Positions 31,939 to 45,848 of a DNA stretch of 64,000 bases are shown in pieces. Each line of letters begins with the position of its first letter. Positions within the stretch are counted from its first letter, which is position 1. Where the stretch lies: the NCBI GenBank assembly GCA_016192455.1, contig JACPUC010000007.1:1-64000 (forward strand), in the 5' to 3' direction. A program made the position numbers and the translations under genes. The stretch is from Candidatus Tectimicrobiota bacterium. GTDB lineage: Bacteria > JACPUC01. The notes under the pieces were generated by a model. The model was not told the DNA's origin, did no database searches, and saw only the letters and a program-made list of their open reading frames with translations.

Positions 31939-33647
31939 AACGCGACATCCAACTCTACGACACGACCTTGCGTGACGGCACGCAGGCCGAGGAAGTCTCC
32001 TTCTCTTCCGCCGACAAGCTGCGCATCGCCGAGAAGCTCGACGAGTTCGGCATCCACTACATCGAGGGAGGGTGGCCAGGCTCCAACCCCAAGGACCGGG
32101 AGTTCTTCAAGCTCGCCAAGGGGCTCCGCCTGCGGCACGCCAAGATCGCCGCCTTCGGCAGCACACGGCACGCCGCCGCCAGCGTCGAGAAGGACGCCAA
32201 CATCACGGCGCTGCTGCGCAGCAACACGCCGGTGGTGACGATCTTCGGCAAGGCCTGGGATTTCCATGCCACGCACGCCCTGCGGGTGGACCTCGAGCAG
32301 AACCTGGAGATGATCTTCGACTCGCTCGACTACCTGCGGCGCCAGGTCGACGAGGTGATCTTCGACGCCGAGCACTTCTTCGACGGCTACAAGCGTCATC
32401 CCGCGTACGCCATGAAGACGCTGCGGGCTGCCCGCGATGCCGGGGTGGGCTGCATCGTCCTCTGCGACACGAATGGCGGCACCCTGCCGCACGAGATCCA
32501 GGAGATCATCCGGCAGGTGCGGCGGGAGATCGACACGCCCCTCGGCATTCACTGCCACAACGATGCCGAGATGGCCGTCGCCAACTCGATCATGGCCGTC
32601 ACCGAAGGCGTCGTCCACGTGCAGGGGACGATCAACGGCGTCGGCGAGCGCTGCGGCAATGCCAACCTCATCTCCATCATCCCCAACCTGAAACTGAAGC
32701 TCGGCTACGACTGCGTCAGCGATGAGCACCTGCGGGGGCTGCGCGGGCTGTCGCTCTACGTCAGCGAGACGGCGAACCTGACGCCCACCGCCCACCAGCC
32801 CTACGTGGGGCGCAGCGCCTTCGCCCACAAGGGGGGTGTGCACGTGGCCGCGGTGCGCCGCCACGCCGACACCTACGAGCACATCAAGCCGGAGCTCGTC
32901 GGCAATCGGCAGCGCGTCCTGGTCTCCGACCTCTCGGGCAAGAGCAACGTCCTCTACAAGGCGGAGGAGTATGGCATCGACCTGGACGGCAATGATCCGG
33001 TCGTGCAGGAAGTGCTGCAGACGGTCAAGCAGCTCGAGCACGAGGGCTACCAGTTCGAGGGCGCCGAGGCCTCCTTCGAGCTCCTGATGCGGCGCGCCAA
33101 GGGGGAGCGGCGCACCTACTTCACGGTGAAAAGCTACCGCGTCATCATCGAGGGGCACAGCGCCCACGCCGAGCCGATCTCGGAGGCGACGGTGCGCCTC
33201 AGCCTGAACGGCGTGGAAGAGTACACCGTGGCCGAGGGGCACGGCCCGGTCAACGCCCTTGACCTCGCCTTCCGCAAGGGGCTGGAGAAGTTCTACCCCA
33301 ACGAGCTGCGCGACGTGCGCCTGATCGACTACAAGGTGCGCATCCTGGAAGGGGTTTCGGGGACGGACGCGAAAATCCGCGTCCTCATTCAGTCCGGCGA
33401 CAGTCAGCACACCTGGGGCACCGTCGGGGTGTCGCAGAACATCATCGAAGCGAGCGCCCAGGCGCTCATCGACAGCTTCGAGTACAAGCTGCACCGCGAC
33501 GCGCCGCACCTCGGCGAGCCGGAGCAGGCGGCGGTTGGAGCAGCCAAGCGCGGCGCGCCGGGCGCTGGAAAGCCCGCCGGCAAGTCGGCTCCTCTTGCGC
33601 CGGCAAAGTCCGGGCAGCGCCGCGACAGCGGCAAGCCGTCGAGCTGA
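31935..33647 (+). CDS. cimA: Citramalate synthase
   Basis: [45 protein letters not shown]. Confidence 0.92.
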   Translation: MKRDIQLYDTTLRDGTQAEEVSFSSADKLRIAEKLDEFGIHYIEGGWPGSNPKDREFFKLAKGLRLRHAKIAAFGSTRHAAASVEKDANITALLRSNTPVVTIFGKAWDFHATHALRVDLEQNLEMIFDSLDYLRRQVDEVIFDAEHFFDGYKRHPAYAMKTLRAARDAGVGCIVLCDTNGGTLPHEIQEIIRQVRREIDTPLGIHCHNDAEMAVANSIMAVTEGVVHVQGTINGVGERCGNANLISIIPNLKLKLGYDCVSDEHLRGLRGLSLYVSETANLTPTAHQPYVGRSAFAHKGGVHVAAVRRHADTYEHIKPELVGNRQRVLVSDLSGKSNVLYKAEEYGIDLDGNDPVVQEVLQTVKQLEHEGYQFEGAEASFELLMRRAKGERRTYFTVKSYRVIIEGHSAHAEPISEATVRLSLNGVEEYTVAEGHGPVNALDLAFRKGLEKFYPNELRDVRLIDYKVRILEGVSGTDAKIRVLIQSGDSQHTWGTVGVSQNIIEASAQALIDSFEYKLHRDAPHLGEPEQAAVGAAKRGAPGAGKPAGKSAPLAPAKSGQRRDSGKPSS

Positions 33648-33835
33648 GCCAGCACGTCGCCCGGCTCCGCGGAGAGACTTCTCCTGCCCAGGCGGTCGAG
33701 GCGGGGGCAGAAGGTGGAGGCGGCGCCGCGAGGAGCGCCGAGCTCCGGTGCCCTAGTGGCGTGGCGCGCCGAGGAGCAGTCATCGGCGGTAAGCCCCCAG
33801 GCGTCGCCAGGGGCGATTCTCGAGTGAACCGATTG

Positions 33836-34729
<894 letters not shown>

Positions 34730-34875
34730 GGCCGGCGCCAGCAGCTCAACCCCGCCGCTCCGACCGTCGCGGCTCAACCCGACGCCCGCGGCGCTGCCGC
34801 GGCCGAGGCGGCCGAGCGGGGTGCGGCGAGAGGCGGGCTCTCGCTCCCACATCCCACGAGAAACATGGACATCGA

Positions 34876-36978
34876 ATGGACACCCCGCTCCTCCTCGAGG
34901 TTGGTACCGAAGAGATTCCCGCAGGATTCATGGCGCCGGCGTTCGAACGTCTGGAACAGGCTGCCTCGAGCCTCTTCGAGGCGGCCCGCCTGGCGGTCGC
35001 CGCGAATTCCCTGCTGGTGACGGGGACGCCGCGTCGCCTCGTCCTCAGCACCGGCCTTGCGGAACGTCAGCGCGATGCGCTCAGCACCGTCATCGGCCCG
35101 CCGAGGCGGGTCGCCTACGCCGCCGACGGCGCCCCCACGAAGGCGGCGGAGGGTTTCGCCCGCAGCCAGGGGGTTGATCTCTCCGAGCTTCGCGTGACGA
35201 CGACGGAGAAGGGCGAGTACCTGTGCGTGGAGAAGCGGCAGCACGGCGAAGCGACCATGACGGTGCTGCCGGGCCTGCTGGCGCAGCTCCTGCTCGACAT
35301 GGCCTTCCCGAAGTCGATGCGCTGGGGGGAGGGGAGCCTGCGCTTTGCGCGTCCCATCCGCTGGCTCGTGGCACTATTCGGTGATCGCCTGGTGGAGTTC
35401 GAAGTCGACGGGCTGCGCAGCGGCCGCCGCACGTACGGCCACCGCTTCCTGGCGCCCGAGCCCTTCGAGCTTGCCGGCGCCGACTTCAGCGCCTACTGCG
35501 CGGCGCTGCGCCAGCGCCACGTCATGGTGCGCCATGATGAGCGGCGGGCGGCGGTGCAGCACGAGCTCACGGCGGCGGCGAGCGACCTCGGCGGCTCCCT
35601 GCACGAGCATCAGGACCTCCTGGAGACCGTCATCCATCTCGTCGAGGCGCCGCGGGTCGTCAGCGGCTCCTTCGATCCGGCCTACCTCGGCCTGCCGCCG
35701 GAGGTGCTCATCACCACCATGGTGACGCACCAGAAGTACTTCCCGGTGGACGACCCGGCGGCAGGGCTGAAGCCCAACTTCCTCGCCGTCTCCAACATGC
35801 CCATCGACAACCTCACCCACATCCGCGCCGGCAACGAGCGGGTGCTGGCGGCCCGCCTGGCTGATGCGAAGTTCTTCTTCGATGAGGATCGCAAGACCCG
35901 GCTCGAAGACCTGGTGGAACGGTTGCGCTCGGTCATCTACCAGGAACGGCTCGGCACCTCCTATGCGAAGGTGGAGCGTAACGAACAGCTCGCCGCCTAC
36001 CTGGCCCGCTGCCTCGCCCCGGACGCGGAGGTCGTCTGTCGGCGCATCGCGCGCCTCTGCAAGGGCGATCTCGCCAGCCACATGGTGGGAGAGTTCCCCG
36101 AGCTGCAAGGCATCATGGGAAGAGAGTACGCGCTCTTTCAGGGCGAGGCCCGCGACGTCGGCCAGGGCATCTACGAGCACTACCTGCCGCGTTTCGCCGG
36201 CGACAGCTTGCCGACCGCCGTCCCCGGAGCCATCGTCGGCGTTGCCGACAAGCTTGATACCATTGTCGGCTGCTTCAGCGTCGGCTTGCTGCCGAGCGGC
36301 TCGGAGGACCCCCTGGCGCTGCGGCGGCAGGCCGCCGCCATCGCCGCCATCGTCCTGCACCACCGCTTCGAGCTCGATCTGGTCGCGGCGGTCGGCGAGG
36401 CGGCGCGCATCCTGGCCGAGCAACGCGCCGCGGCGGGGGAGGCCGCCGGCCTGCGGCCGCGGCCGGAGGTCGAGGCGGAGGTCTTGGAGTTCTGCAAGGG
36501 CCGCATCCAGACGCTCCTGGTGAACCGCGGCTACAGCAGCGCCGTGGTGGAGGCGGTCCTGGCGCGACAGGCGCGGGAGATCGTCGATGCCGACGAGCGC
36601 TGCGCCGCCCTCGAGGCCTTGCGCGGCTCCGATGAGTTCCAGGCGCTCCTGACGCTGGTCAAGCGCACGAGCAACATCCTCGGCGACTTCCCCGGCGGGC
36701 CGATCGCCCCCGAGCTGCTGCGGGAAGCGGCGGAACGCCGGCTGGCGGAGGAGTTCCAGGCGGCGCGCGGCGATGTGCTGGCCCTGGTGGCGCGGCGGGC
36801 GTATGCTCCGGCCCTCAGCCGGCTGGTGGGATTGAAGGGGGCGCTCGACAACTTTTTTGACGAGGTGTTGGTGATGTGCGATAATGAAAACTTGCGCACG
36901 AACCGCTTGCGGCTCCTGCGAGGTCTGGCCGATCTCTTCTCACCCTTGGCCGACTTTTCGCGGCTGGCGGCCGGTTGA
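34876..36978 (+). CDS. glyS: Glycine--tRNA ligase beta subunit
   Basis: LLEVGTEEIP, TPRRL, FPKSMRW, FARPIRW, EFPELQGIMG, GSEDPLALRR. Confidence 0.96.
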   Translation: MDTPLLLEVGTEEIPAGFMAPAFERLEQAASSLFEAARLAVAANSLLVTGTPRRLVLSTGLAERQRDALSTVIGPPRRVAYAADGAPTKAAEGFARSQGVDLSELRVTTTEKGEYLCVEKRQHGEATMTVLPGLLAQLLLDMAFPKSMRWGEGSLRFARPIRWLVALFGDRLVEFEVDGLRSGRRTYGHRFLAPEPFELAGADFSAYCAALRQRHVMVRHDERRAAVQHELTAAASDLGGSLHEHQDLLETVIHLVEAPRVVSGSFDPAYLGLPPEVLITTMVTHQKYFPVDDPAAGLKPNFLAVSNMPIDNLTHIRAGNERVLAARLADAKFFFDEDRKTRLEDLVERLRSVIYQERLGTSYAKVERNEQLAAYLARCLAPDAEVVCRRIARLCKGDLASHMVGEFPELQGIMGREYALFQGEARDVGQGIYEHYLPRFAGDSLPTAVPGAIVGVADKLDTIVGCFSVGLLPSGSEDPLALRRQAAAIAAIVLHHRFELDLVAAVGEAARILAEQRAAAGEAAGLRPRPEVEAEVLEFCKGRIQTLLVNRGYSSAVVEAVLARQAREIVDADERCAALEALRGSDEFQALLTLVKRTSNILGDFPGGPIAPELLREAAERRLAEEFQAARGDVLALVARRAYAPALSRLVGLKGALDNFFDEVLVMCDNENLRTNRLRLLRGLADLFSPLADFSRLAAG

Positions 36979-37243
36979 TGTCCGCTCGTGGTGCAGGCGA
37001 GCCCATGACACCCCAACGTGTGCTCCAGAACATGCGCCCCGGCGTTGCTCTCTCCCGAACCCAGGGTGCATGGTACGGCGTCCTCTCCCGATACCCGACA
37101 GCATGGAAGGAAGCGCGCGCATCCGGCGGCGCGCCATGCCCCGATGGCGCGGCGCCGCCGGGAGGGGAGAAGCCACGCGCAGCCTGCCTGTGACGAAGGA
37201 CCAGGCAGGGGACTTCTTCCGCAGCCGATGGAGGAGGTGATTC

Positions 37244-39907
<2,664 letters not shown>

Positions 39908-40060
39908 AGCGGCCGGCCTGCCGGAGGAGAGCGTACCGGTGATGCGGCAGGCGCCGCCAGGTAGGTTTCAGGTCGGAGTCTCCCTTCCTCTGAATCGGCG
40001 TCCAGTCGCTTTTCTCCACCTCGTCGAAGGCAGCGCTGGAACTCCCTGTTTCAAGTGGGC

Positions 40061-40089
40061 TTGACAGTCGTTCGACGGCTTTGCATACT
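40061..40089 (+). promoter_or_regulatory. Sigma70-type promoter of the riboflavin operon
   Basis: TTGACA-17 nt-CATACT just upstream of the FMN aptamer. Confidence 0.75.
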
Positions 40090-40112
40090 TACGTTTGGCT
40101 CAACTTAGAGAC

Positions 40113-40240
40113 CAACCTTCGGGGCTGGGTGAAATTCCCGACCGGCGGTGACAGCCCGCGACCCATAAGGGCTTCGACCCGAGTGGCTGATCCGGTGCAA
40201 CTCCGGGGCCGACAGTAAGAGTCTGGATGGGAGAAGGTTC
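40113..40240 (+). ncRNA. FMN riboswitch (RFN element)
   Basis: CTTCGGGGCTGGGTGAAATTCCCGACCGGCGGT...AGCCCGCGA...GATCCGGTGCAACTCCGGGGCCGACAGT-AGAGTCTGGATGGGAGAAGG matches the RFN consensus; lies upstream of ribD. Confidence 0.96.
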
Positions 40241-40444
40241 GGTACACGTTGCCAGCGCGCTCCGCCTGGGCTGCACCTGGGGGCTCCGCCACAAGCTGCT
40301 CCGCCGAGCTGCTGTGGGGGTGCGAGGTGCAGGCCATGCCGCCGGGAGTGCGCCCTTCCTCTACGTGTCCCTCCGCACAGAACCTGTGCGTCTCTCCCAT
40401 CGAGATCGTTCTTTGGTTGCTGTAGCGTGCAGGCCGGGCAGCCG

Positions 40445-41563
40445 ATGTACGATGAGTATCTGCGCATAACGCTCGAGCTGGCGGCTCGCGCCAGAGGGTG
40501 GACGAGCCCCAACCCGCTCGTCGGCTGCGTCATCGTCAAGGAGGGTCGCGTCATCGGGCGGGGGTACCATACCGCGGCAGGCAAACCCCACGCCGAGGTG
40601 GAAGCCCTGCGCGATGCCGGTCCCGCCGCGCACGGTGCCTCCCTCTACGTCAACCTCGAGCCGTGCTGCCACTACGGGCGCACGCCGCCCTGCACGGACG
40701 CGATCATCCGCGCCGGCATCAAGAAGGTTGTCATCGGCGGCATCGACCCGAACCCGCGGGTGCAGGGGAAGGGAGCCGCAGCCCTGCAGGCGGCCGGCAT
40801 CGAGATCGTCTGCGGCGTCCTCGAGGATACCTGCAAACGCTTCAATGAGACGTACTGGAAGTACATCCTCACCAACAAGCCGTTCGTTCTCTTGAAGGCG
40901 GCGAGCAGCCTGGATGGGAAAATCGCCACCCGCACCGGCGAGTCGCGCTGGATCACCAACGAGCAGTCGCGGCTCTACGTCCATGAGCTGCGCCACGCCT
41001 ACGACGCCGTCATGGTCGGCATCGGCACCGTGCTCGCCGATGATCCGCGCTTGACGGTGCGCCTGCCGGAAGGCAACGGCAGGGACCCGCTGCGGGTCGT
41101 GGTGGACAGCCGCCTGCGTCTGCCTCCCGAGGCCGCCATGCTGACGCAGCCCTCCCAGGCGGGAACCCTCATCGCCACCCGCGAGCCGGTCGAGGCGGCG
41201 CGACGCCGAGCCCTCGAGGGGCGGGGCGCGGAGGTCGTCGTGCTGCTTGCCGACGCCCGCGGCCGAGTCGACCTGGCGCGGCTCATGGCCGAGCTGGGCA
41301 GGCGGCAGGTGACGAGCGTGCTCCTGGAAGGCGGCGCCACCCTGCATGGCAGCGCCCTGAAGGCCGGCATCGTCGACAAGGTCTGCATCTTCCTGGCTCC
41401 CCTCTTCATCGGAGGAGATGGAGCGCCGAGCGCCATCGGCGGGCCCGCCATCGAGCGCCTCGAGGAAGCGGTGCGCCTGACGGACACCAGCGTGCGCTGG
41501 TTCCACCACGATCTCCTCATTGAAGCCTACCCGGTGAGCAAGACGGTTGATCTGGCGCCGTAG
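40445..41563 (+). CDS. ribD: Riboflavin biosynthesis deaminase/reductase
   Basis: SPNPLVGCV, HAE, NLEPCCHYGRTPPC, SLDGKIA, LLEGG. Confidence 0.96.
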   Translation: MYDEYLRITLELAARARGWTSPNPLVGCVIVKEGRVIGRGYHTAAGKPHAEVEALRDAGPAAHGASLYVNLEPCCHYGRTPPCTDAIIRAGIKKVVIGGIDPNPRVQGKGAAALQAAGIEIVCGVLEDTCKRFNETYWKYILTNKPFVLLKAASSLDGKIATRTGESRWITNEQSRLYVHELRHAYDAVMVGIGTVLADDPRLTVRLPEGNGRDPLRVVVDSRLRLPPEAAMLTQPSQAGTLIATREPVEAARRRALEGRGAEVVVLLADARGRVDLARLMAELGRRQVTSVLLEGGATLHGSALKAGIVDKVCIFLAPLFIGGDGAPSAIGGPAIERLEEAVRLTDTSVRWFHHDLLIEAYPVSKTVDLAP

Positions 41564-41668
41564 GGTCGAAGGCAGGGGCGGGGCGCGGGGCAAGTGGCGC
41601 CGGCCGAGCGGAGGAAACCGATGCCGGGGGTGGGGCGCGGCGCTCCAATGAGCAGGCAGGAGACCCCA

Positions 41669-42343
41669 GTGTTCACGGGCATCATCGAAGAGATCGGCAC
41701 GGTGCGCGCCGCGCAGCTCGGTGAGCAGGGCGGCAGCCTCGCCATCGCGGCCAGAACCGTCCTGGGCGGCGTGCGGCAGGGCGAGAGCATTGCCGTGGAC
41801 GGCTGTTGCCTTACGGTGGTGCGCTTTGATGCCGAGAGCTTTACCGTCGAGGTGTCGCCGGAGACGGTGGCGCGCACCACCTTGAAGCGCCTGCGCGTCG
41901 GCGGCCGCGTCAACCTCGAGCGCGCCCTGCGCGTCGGTGATCGCATGGGCGGCCACTATGTCAACGGCCACGTCGACGGAGTCGGGCGCATCGCCGACAT
42001 CAGCCGCGCGGGAAACTCCCACACCGTGACGATCACGGCGCCCTCCGAGCTGATGCGCTACATCGTCGAGAAGGGCTCCGTGGCGGTGGACGGCATCAGC
42101 CTCACGGGCGCCGGGCTGGCGCGAGAGAGCTTCAGCATCGCCGTCATCCCCGCCACCGAGGTGCTCACCACCCTGATCGAGAAGGGGACCGGCGCGGCGG
42201 TGAACCTGGAGTGCGATATCATCGGCAAGTATGTGGAGCGTTTCCTTGGACTCGACGATCAGGCCGGAGCGGGCCATCCGCGCGGCGCTGGGCGCGAACC
42301 CATCACGCGGGCCTTCCTCGCCAAGCATGGGTTCGCCGATTGA
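41669..42343 (+). CDS. ribE: Riboflavin synthase
   Basis: (M)FTGIIEEIG from GTG 41669 after [30 protein letters not shown]. Confidence 0.95.
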   Translation: MFTGIIEEIGTVRAAQLGEQGGSLAIAARTVLGGVRQGESIAVDGCCLTVVRFDAESFTVEVSPETVARTTLKRLRVGGRVNLERALRVGDRMGGHYVNGHVDGVGRIADISRAGNSHTVTITAPSELMRYIVEKGSVAVDGISLTGAGLARESFSIAVIPATEVLTTLIEKGTGAAVNLECDIIGKYVERFLGLDDQAGAGHPRGAGREPITRAFLAKHGFAD

Positions 42344-43569
42344 TGGAGAAAGCTATGCCGTCCGATTCGCCATTTTGCACCATCCCGGATGCCATCGAGG
42401 AAATCCGGCGGGGGAAGATGGTCATTCTCATCGACGATGAGGATCGCGAGAATGAGGGCGACCTCACCATCGCCGCCGACAAGGTCACGCCGGAAATCAT
42501 CAACTTCATGGCGACGCACGGGCGCGGCCTCATCTGTCTCTCCCTCACGCCTGAACGAGTCGATGCCTTGCAGTTGACGCCGATGGCGCCGCATAACCAG
42601 TCCACCTTCGGCACGGCCTTCACCGTCTCCATCGAGGCGCGGTATGGCGTGACGACGGGCATCAGCGCCCATGACCGCGCCAAGACCATCCTCACGGCGA
42701 TCGATCCGCGGACACGGCCCACGGACCTCATCCGACCCGGCCACATCTTCCCGCTGCGGGCCCGCTCCGGCGGGGTGCTGGAGCGCGCCGGGCAGACCGA
42801 AGGATCGGTTGACCTGGCACGGCTTGCCGGCCTCTACCCGGCGGGGGTCATCTGCGAAGTCATGAAGGACGATGGCACCATGGCCCGCGTCCCCGATCTC
42901 ATCGCCATCGGCGCGCGCTTCGACCTGAAGCTCTGCACCATCAAGGACTTGATCAATTACCGCATGCAGTGCGAGCGGTTCATTCGGCGCGCCGCCACCA
43001 GCACGATCCCGACCGAGTACGGCATTTTCGACATCATCGCCTACGAGAACACCTTCGACAACCACAACTACATCGTCCTGAAGAAGGGGGAGATCACCAC
43101 GGATGAGCCCCTCCTGGTGCGGGTCCACTCGCAGTGCCTGACGGGGGACATTTTTGGTTCGATGCGTTGTGACTGCGGCGAGCAGCTCACCCGCGCCCTC
43201 GAGATGATCGCCGAAGCCGGTCGCGGGGTGCTGCTCTACCTGCCGCAAGAGGGTCGCGGCATCGGCCTCATCAACAAGCTGCGCGCCTATGAAATCCAGG
43301 ATAAGGGAGTTGACACCGTGGAGGCCAACCACCTGCTCGGCTTCCAGGCCGACAAGCGAGACTACGGCATCGGCTGCCAGATCCTCGCCGATCTCGGCGT
43401 TCGCAAGATTCGCCTCTTGACGAATAACCCCAAGAAGATCCATGGGATCCAAGGCTTTGGACTGGAGATTGTGGAGCGCGTGCCCATCGAGATCCCGCCG
43501 CGAGAGTCCAATCGCTACTACCTGCGGACAAAGCGCGAGAAGCTGGGGCACCTGATATCCCACTTCTAG
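42343..43569 (+). CDS. ribBA: Bifunctional DHBP synthase / GTP cyclohydrolase II
   Basis: [48 protein letters not shown]. Confidence 0.96.
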   Translation: MEKAMPSDSPFCTIPDAIEEIRRGKMVILIDDEDRENEGDLTIAADKVTPEIINFMATHGRGLICLSLTPERVDALQLTPMAPHNQSTFGTAFTVSIEARYGVTTGISAHDRAKTILTAIDPRTRPTDLIRPGHIFPLRARSGGVLERAGQTEGSVDLARLAGLYPAGVICEVMKDDGTMARVPDLIAIGARFDLKLCTIKDLINYRMQCERFIRRAATSTIPTEYGIFDIIAYENTFDNHNYIVLKKGEITTDEPLLVRVHSQCLTGDIFGSMRCDCGEQLTRALEMIAEAGRGVLLYLPQEGRGIGLINKLRAYEIQDKGVDTVEANHLLGFQADKRDYGIGCQILADLGVRKIRLLTNNPKKIHGIQGFGLEIVERVPIEIPPRESNRYYLRTKREKLGHLISHF

Positions 43570-43827
43570 GTGTTCCACGGTCTGTCTGGCCCAGCCATCG
43601 AGCTTCCGATCGGATCGGCGCCGGCCTGGAGCTGTGGACGCGCCGCCCGCCCCAGGCGCCCAGAGCAGAAAGCCCGCTCCCGCCTCCGAGCACTCCCAGG
43701 GGACCCCGTTGGATCGCTAGGAGAGGCCGGTGCGTGGGGGAAAGCAGCGGGGATGGCCACCAAGCGCTGGCGGGGGGCGCGCCTAATTCCCCTCGGCTCG
43801 ACAGTAACTCAACAGAAGGAAGGCCGC

Positions 43828-44292
43828 ATGCCGAAGATCCTCGAAGGGCACCTGAATGGGGCGGGACAGCGGTTCGGGATTGTGGTGTCGCGCTTCAATG
43901 AATTCGTCACCCGCCGCTTGCTGGATGGAACCTTGGACGGCCTGATTCGCCATGGCGTGCGCGACGAGGACATCACGGTCGCCTGGGTGCCGGGCGCTTT
44001 CGAGATACCCCTCGTGGCAAAGAAAATGGCCCGGAAGGGCGACTATGATGCTATCATATGTCTGGGAACCGTGATCCGCGGCGCCACCCCGCACTTCGAC
44101 TTTGTGGCTGCCGAGGTGAGCAAGGGCGTCGCGGCGGTGGCGCTGGATACAGGGGTGCCCATCGCCTTCGGGGTGCTGACCACCGAGACGATCGAGCAAG
44201 CAATTGAGCGGGCCGGGGCGAAGGTTGGAAACAAGGGCTACGATGCGGCGCTCGGCGCCATTGAGATGGTGAACCTGAATAAACTCGTCTAG
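43828..44292 (+). CDS. ribH: 6,7-dimethyl-8-ribityllumazine synthase
   Basis: [27 protein letters not shown]. Confidence 0.96.
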   Translation: MPKILEGHLNGAGQRFGIVVSRFNEFVTRRLLDGTLDGLIRHGVRDEDITVAWVPGAFEIPLVAKKMARKGDYDAIICLGTVIRGATPHFDFVAAEVSKGVAAVALDTGVPIAFGVLTTETIEQAIERAGAKVGNKGYDAALGAIEMVNLNKLV

Positions 44293-44443
44293 AGCGCAAC
44301 CATGTGGAGCTGAGCTGGGCGGGCAGGGCAAGGTGTGACGGCCCCGAAGATCGAGGGGCCCACCCGTGGCACGGCGCTTGGTTGCGCTCCGCAGCCAGGA
44401 ACGGGCAACGCTCCCCTGAGCTTCCCCCCAGGCTCGGGCGTCT

Positions 44444-44611
44444 CTCGCAGGCTGCTGAAAAACTATTTTCGGCAAGTCGAGCGTTTGCCAACTTGAAAGG
44501 GGGCCATCCCATCTCATTGAGTCTGCTGACTTTACAAGCGCCCCCAAAAGCCGGCCGAGAAACGTTGCCAGAAGTCTTCCGTCAAATTCGACTTTTTCAG
44601 CACCCTGCGAG
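44444..44611. mobile_element. 168 bp MITE-like element with 19 bp terminal inverted repeats
   Basis: CTCGCAGGCTGCTGAAAAA (44444-44462) and TTTTTCAGCACCCTGCGAG (44593-44611), one mismatch; AT-richer interior; sits between ribH and nusB. Confidence 0.75.
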
Positions 44612-44669
44612 GGTAGGGTGGGGCTGCCTGCGTGCCAGCCGCGCGAGCAGGTGGAGGTACGGGGAACGC

Positions 44670-45092
44670 ATGCGTCGCCAAGTGCGCACACAGCTCATGC
44701 AGCTCCTCTACGCCCGGGAGTTCCAGGAGGTGAACGAGCAGGCAACCGCGGCGTGCTTCTGGCCCGAAACGCCGCTGGAACGCCAGGAGTACGTGCAAGG
44801 ACTCTATGAGAGGATGCTGGAGCGGCTCGGGGAGATCGATGCGCTCCTCGAGGAGGCAAGCGAGCATTGGAAAGTCTCTCGCATGCCGCTGGTGGATCGC
44901 AACATCCTGCGGGTAGCGATCTTCGAGCTCCTCGAACAGAAAGAGGTGCCCGGGAAAGTCGTTATCGACGAGGCGATCGAAATTGGCAAGCTTTTTGGCG
45001 CCGAAGAGTCGTCTGCCTTCATCAACGGCATTCTCGACACGATGTACCGGGCAGTGCAACTCCAGCCGTGTGAAAAGGCATCAACCGCTTGA
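44670..45092 (+). CDS. nusB: Transcription antitermination factor NusB
   Basis: [37 protein letters not shown]; follows ribH. Confidence 0.93.
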   Translation: MRRQVRTQLMQLLYAREFQEVNEQATAACFWPETPLERQEYVQGLYERMLERLGEIDALLEEASEHWKVSRMPLVDRNILRVAIFELLEQKEVPGKVVIDEAIEIGKLFGAEESSAFINGILDTMYRAVQLQPCEKASTA

Positions 45093-45676
45093 TTACCTTT
45101 CGGACCCTCCCCATCGAGCTGCTTGAGGCCGAGGCCGAGCTCCTCGTCTGCGCCTACTTCGCCGACCTTATCCCCTTGCGCGGCGATGCGAGCTGGGTGG
45201 ATTGGCGCCTCAATGGCCAGGTCTCGCAGCTCCTCCTTGCCAACCGGGCGCAAGGCGAGTACGGCGAAGCCCTCCTGCTGCCGAGCCGTGGCAAGCTCCC
45301 CTGTCCCAAGGTGCTGCTCTTGGGGATGGGAGAGAGCCGCGAGCTCACCTCGGAACGCCTCGTCGAGGGCTGTGCGCGCCTCATCGAGCGGGCCGCGAAG
45401 ATGCAGGTGCGGGGACTGGCCATCAGCGTCATCGGGCGCGAGCAACTTGCCGTGGAGTACGAGCAGAACGTCACGGACATGATCGACGGGCTGCTGGCCG
45501 GCTGCAACCGCCTCTTCTCCAGTGAGGAGGAGTTCACCGTCATCTTCGTGGAAGATGAGAAACGGCGCTTCGATGTGCTGTTAAAAACGGTGCGTTTTGC
45601 GATTGAGAGCTTCACCTACCGTTTCTTGGCGGATCGCGATCCGAGTTGCATCGGCGGCAACCCCCAGGAGAGTTGA
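45089..45676 (+). CDS. Stand-alone peptidase M17 N-terminal-domain-like protein
   Basis: [34 protein letters not shown] resemble the leucyl aminopeptidase N-domain; no catalytic domain. Confidence 0.65.
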   Translation: MITFRTLPIELLEAEAELLVCAYFADLIPLRGDASWVDWRLNGQVSQLLLANRAQGEYGEALLLPSRGKLPCPKVLLLGMGESRELTSERLVEGCARLIERAAKMQVRGLAISVIGREQLAVEYEQNVTDMIDGLLAGCNRLFSSEEEFTVIFVEDEKRRFDVLLKTVRFAIESFTYRFLADRDPSCIGGNPQES

Positions 45677-45848
45677 GACGATCCACGCAGCCGGTCGGGC
45701 CCGGTTGTCGGCGCGGCGGCGGTGTGCATGCCGGAAGGAGGGGCCGGCGCTCAGCGACGCGATGGCAGCCGGCCTTCGCCAGCCGCCCGGCGCGGCGGGC
45801 TGCGCTCCGATCTGGCGCGACAGAGAGTGACGTAAAGGCAGGAAGGTG

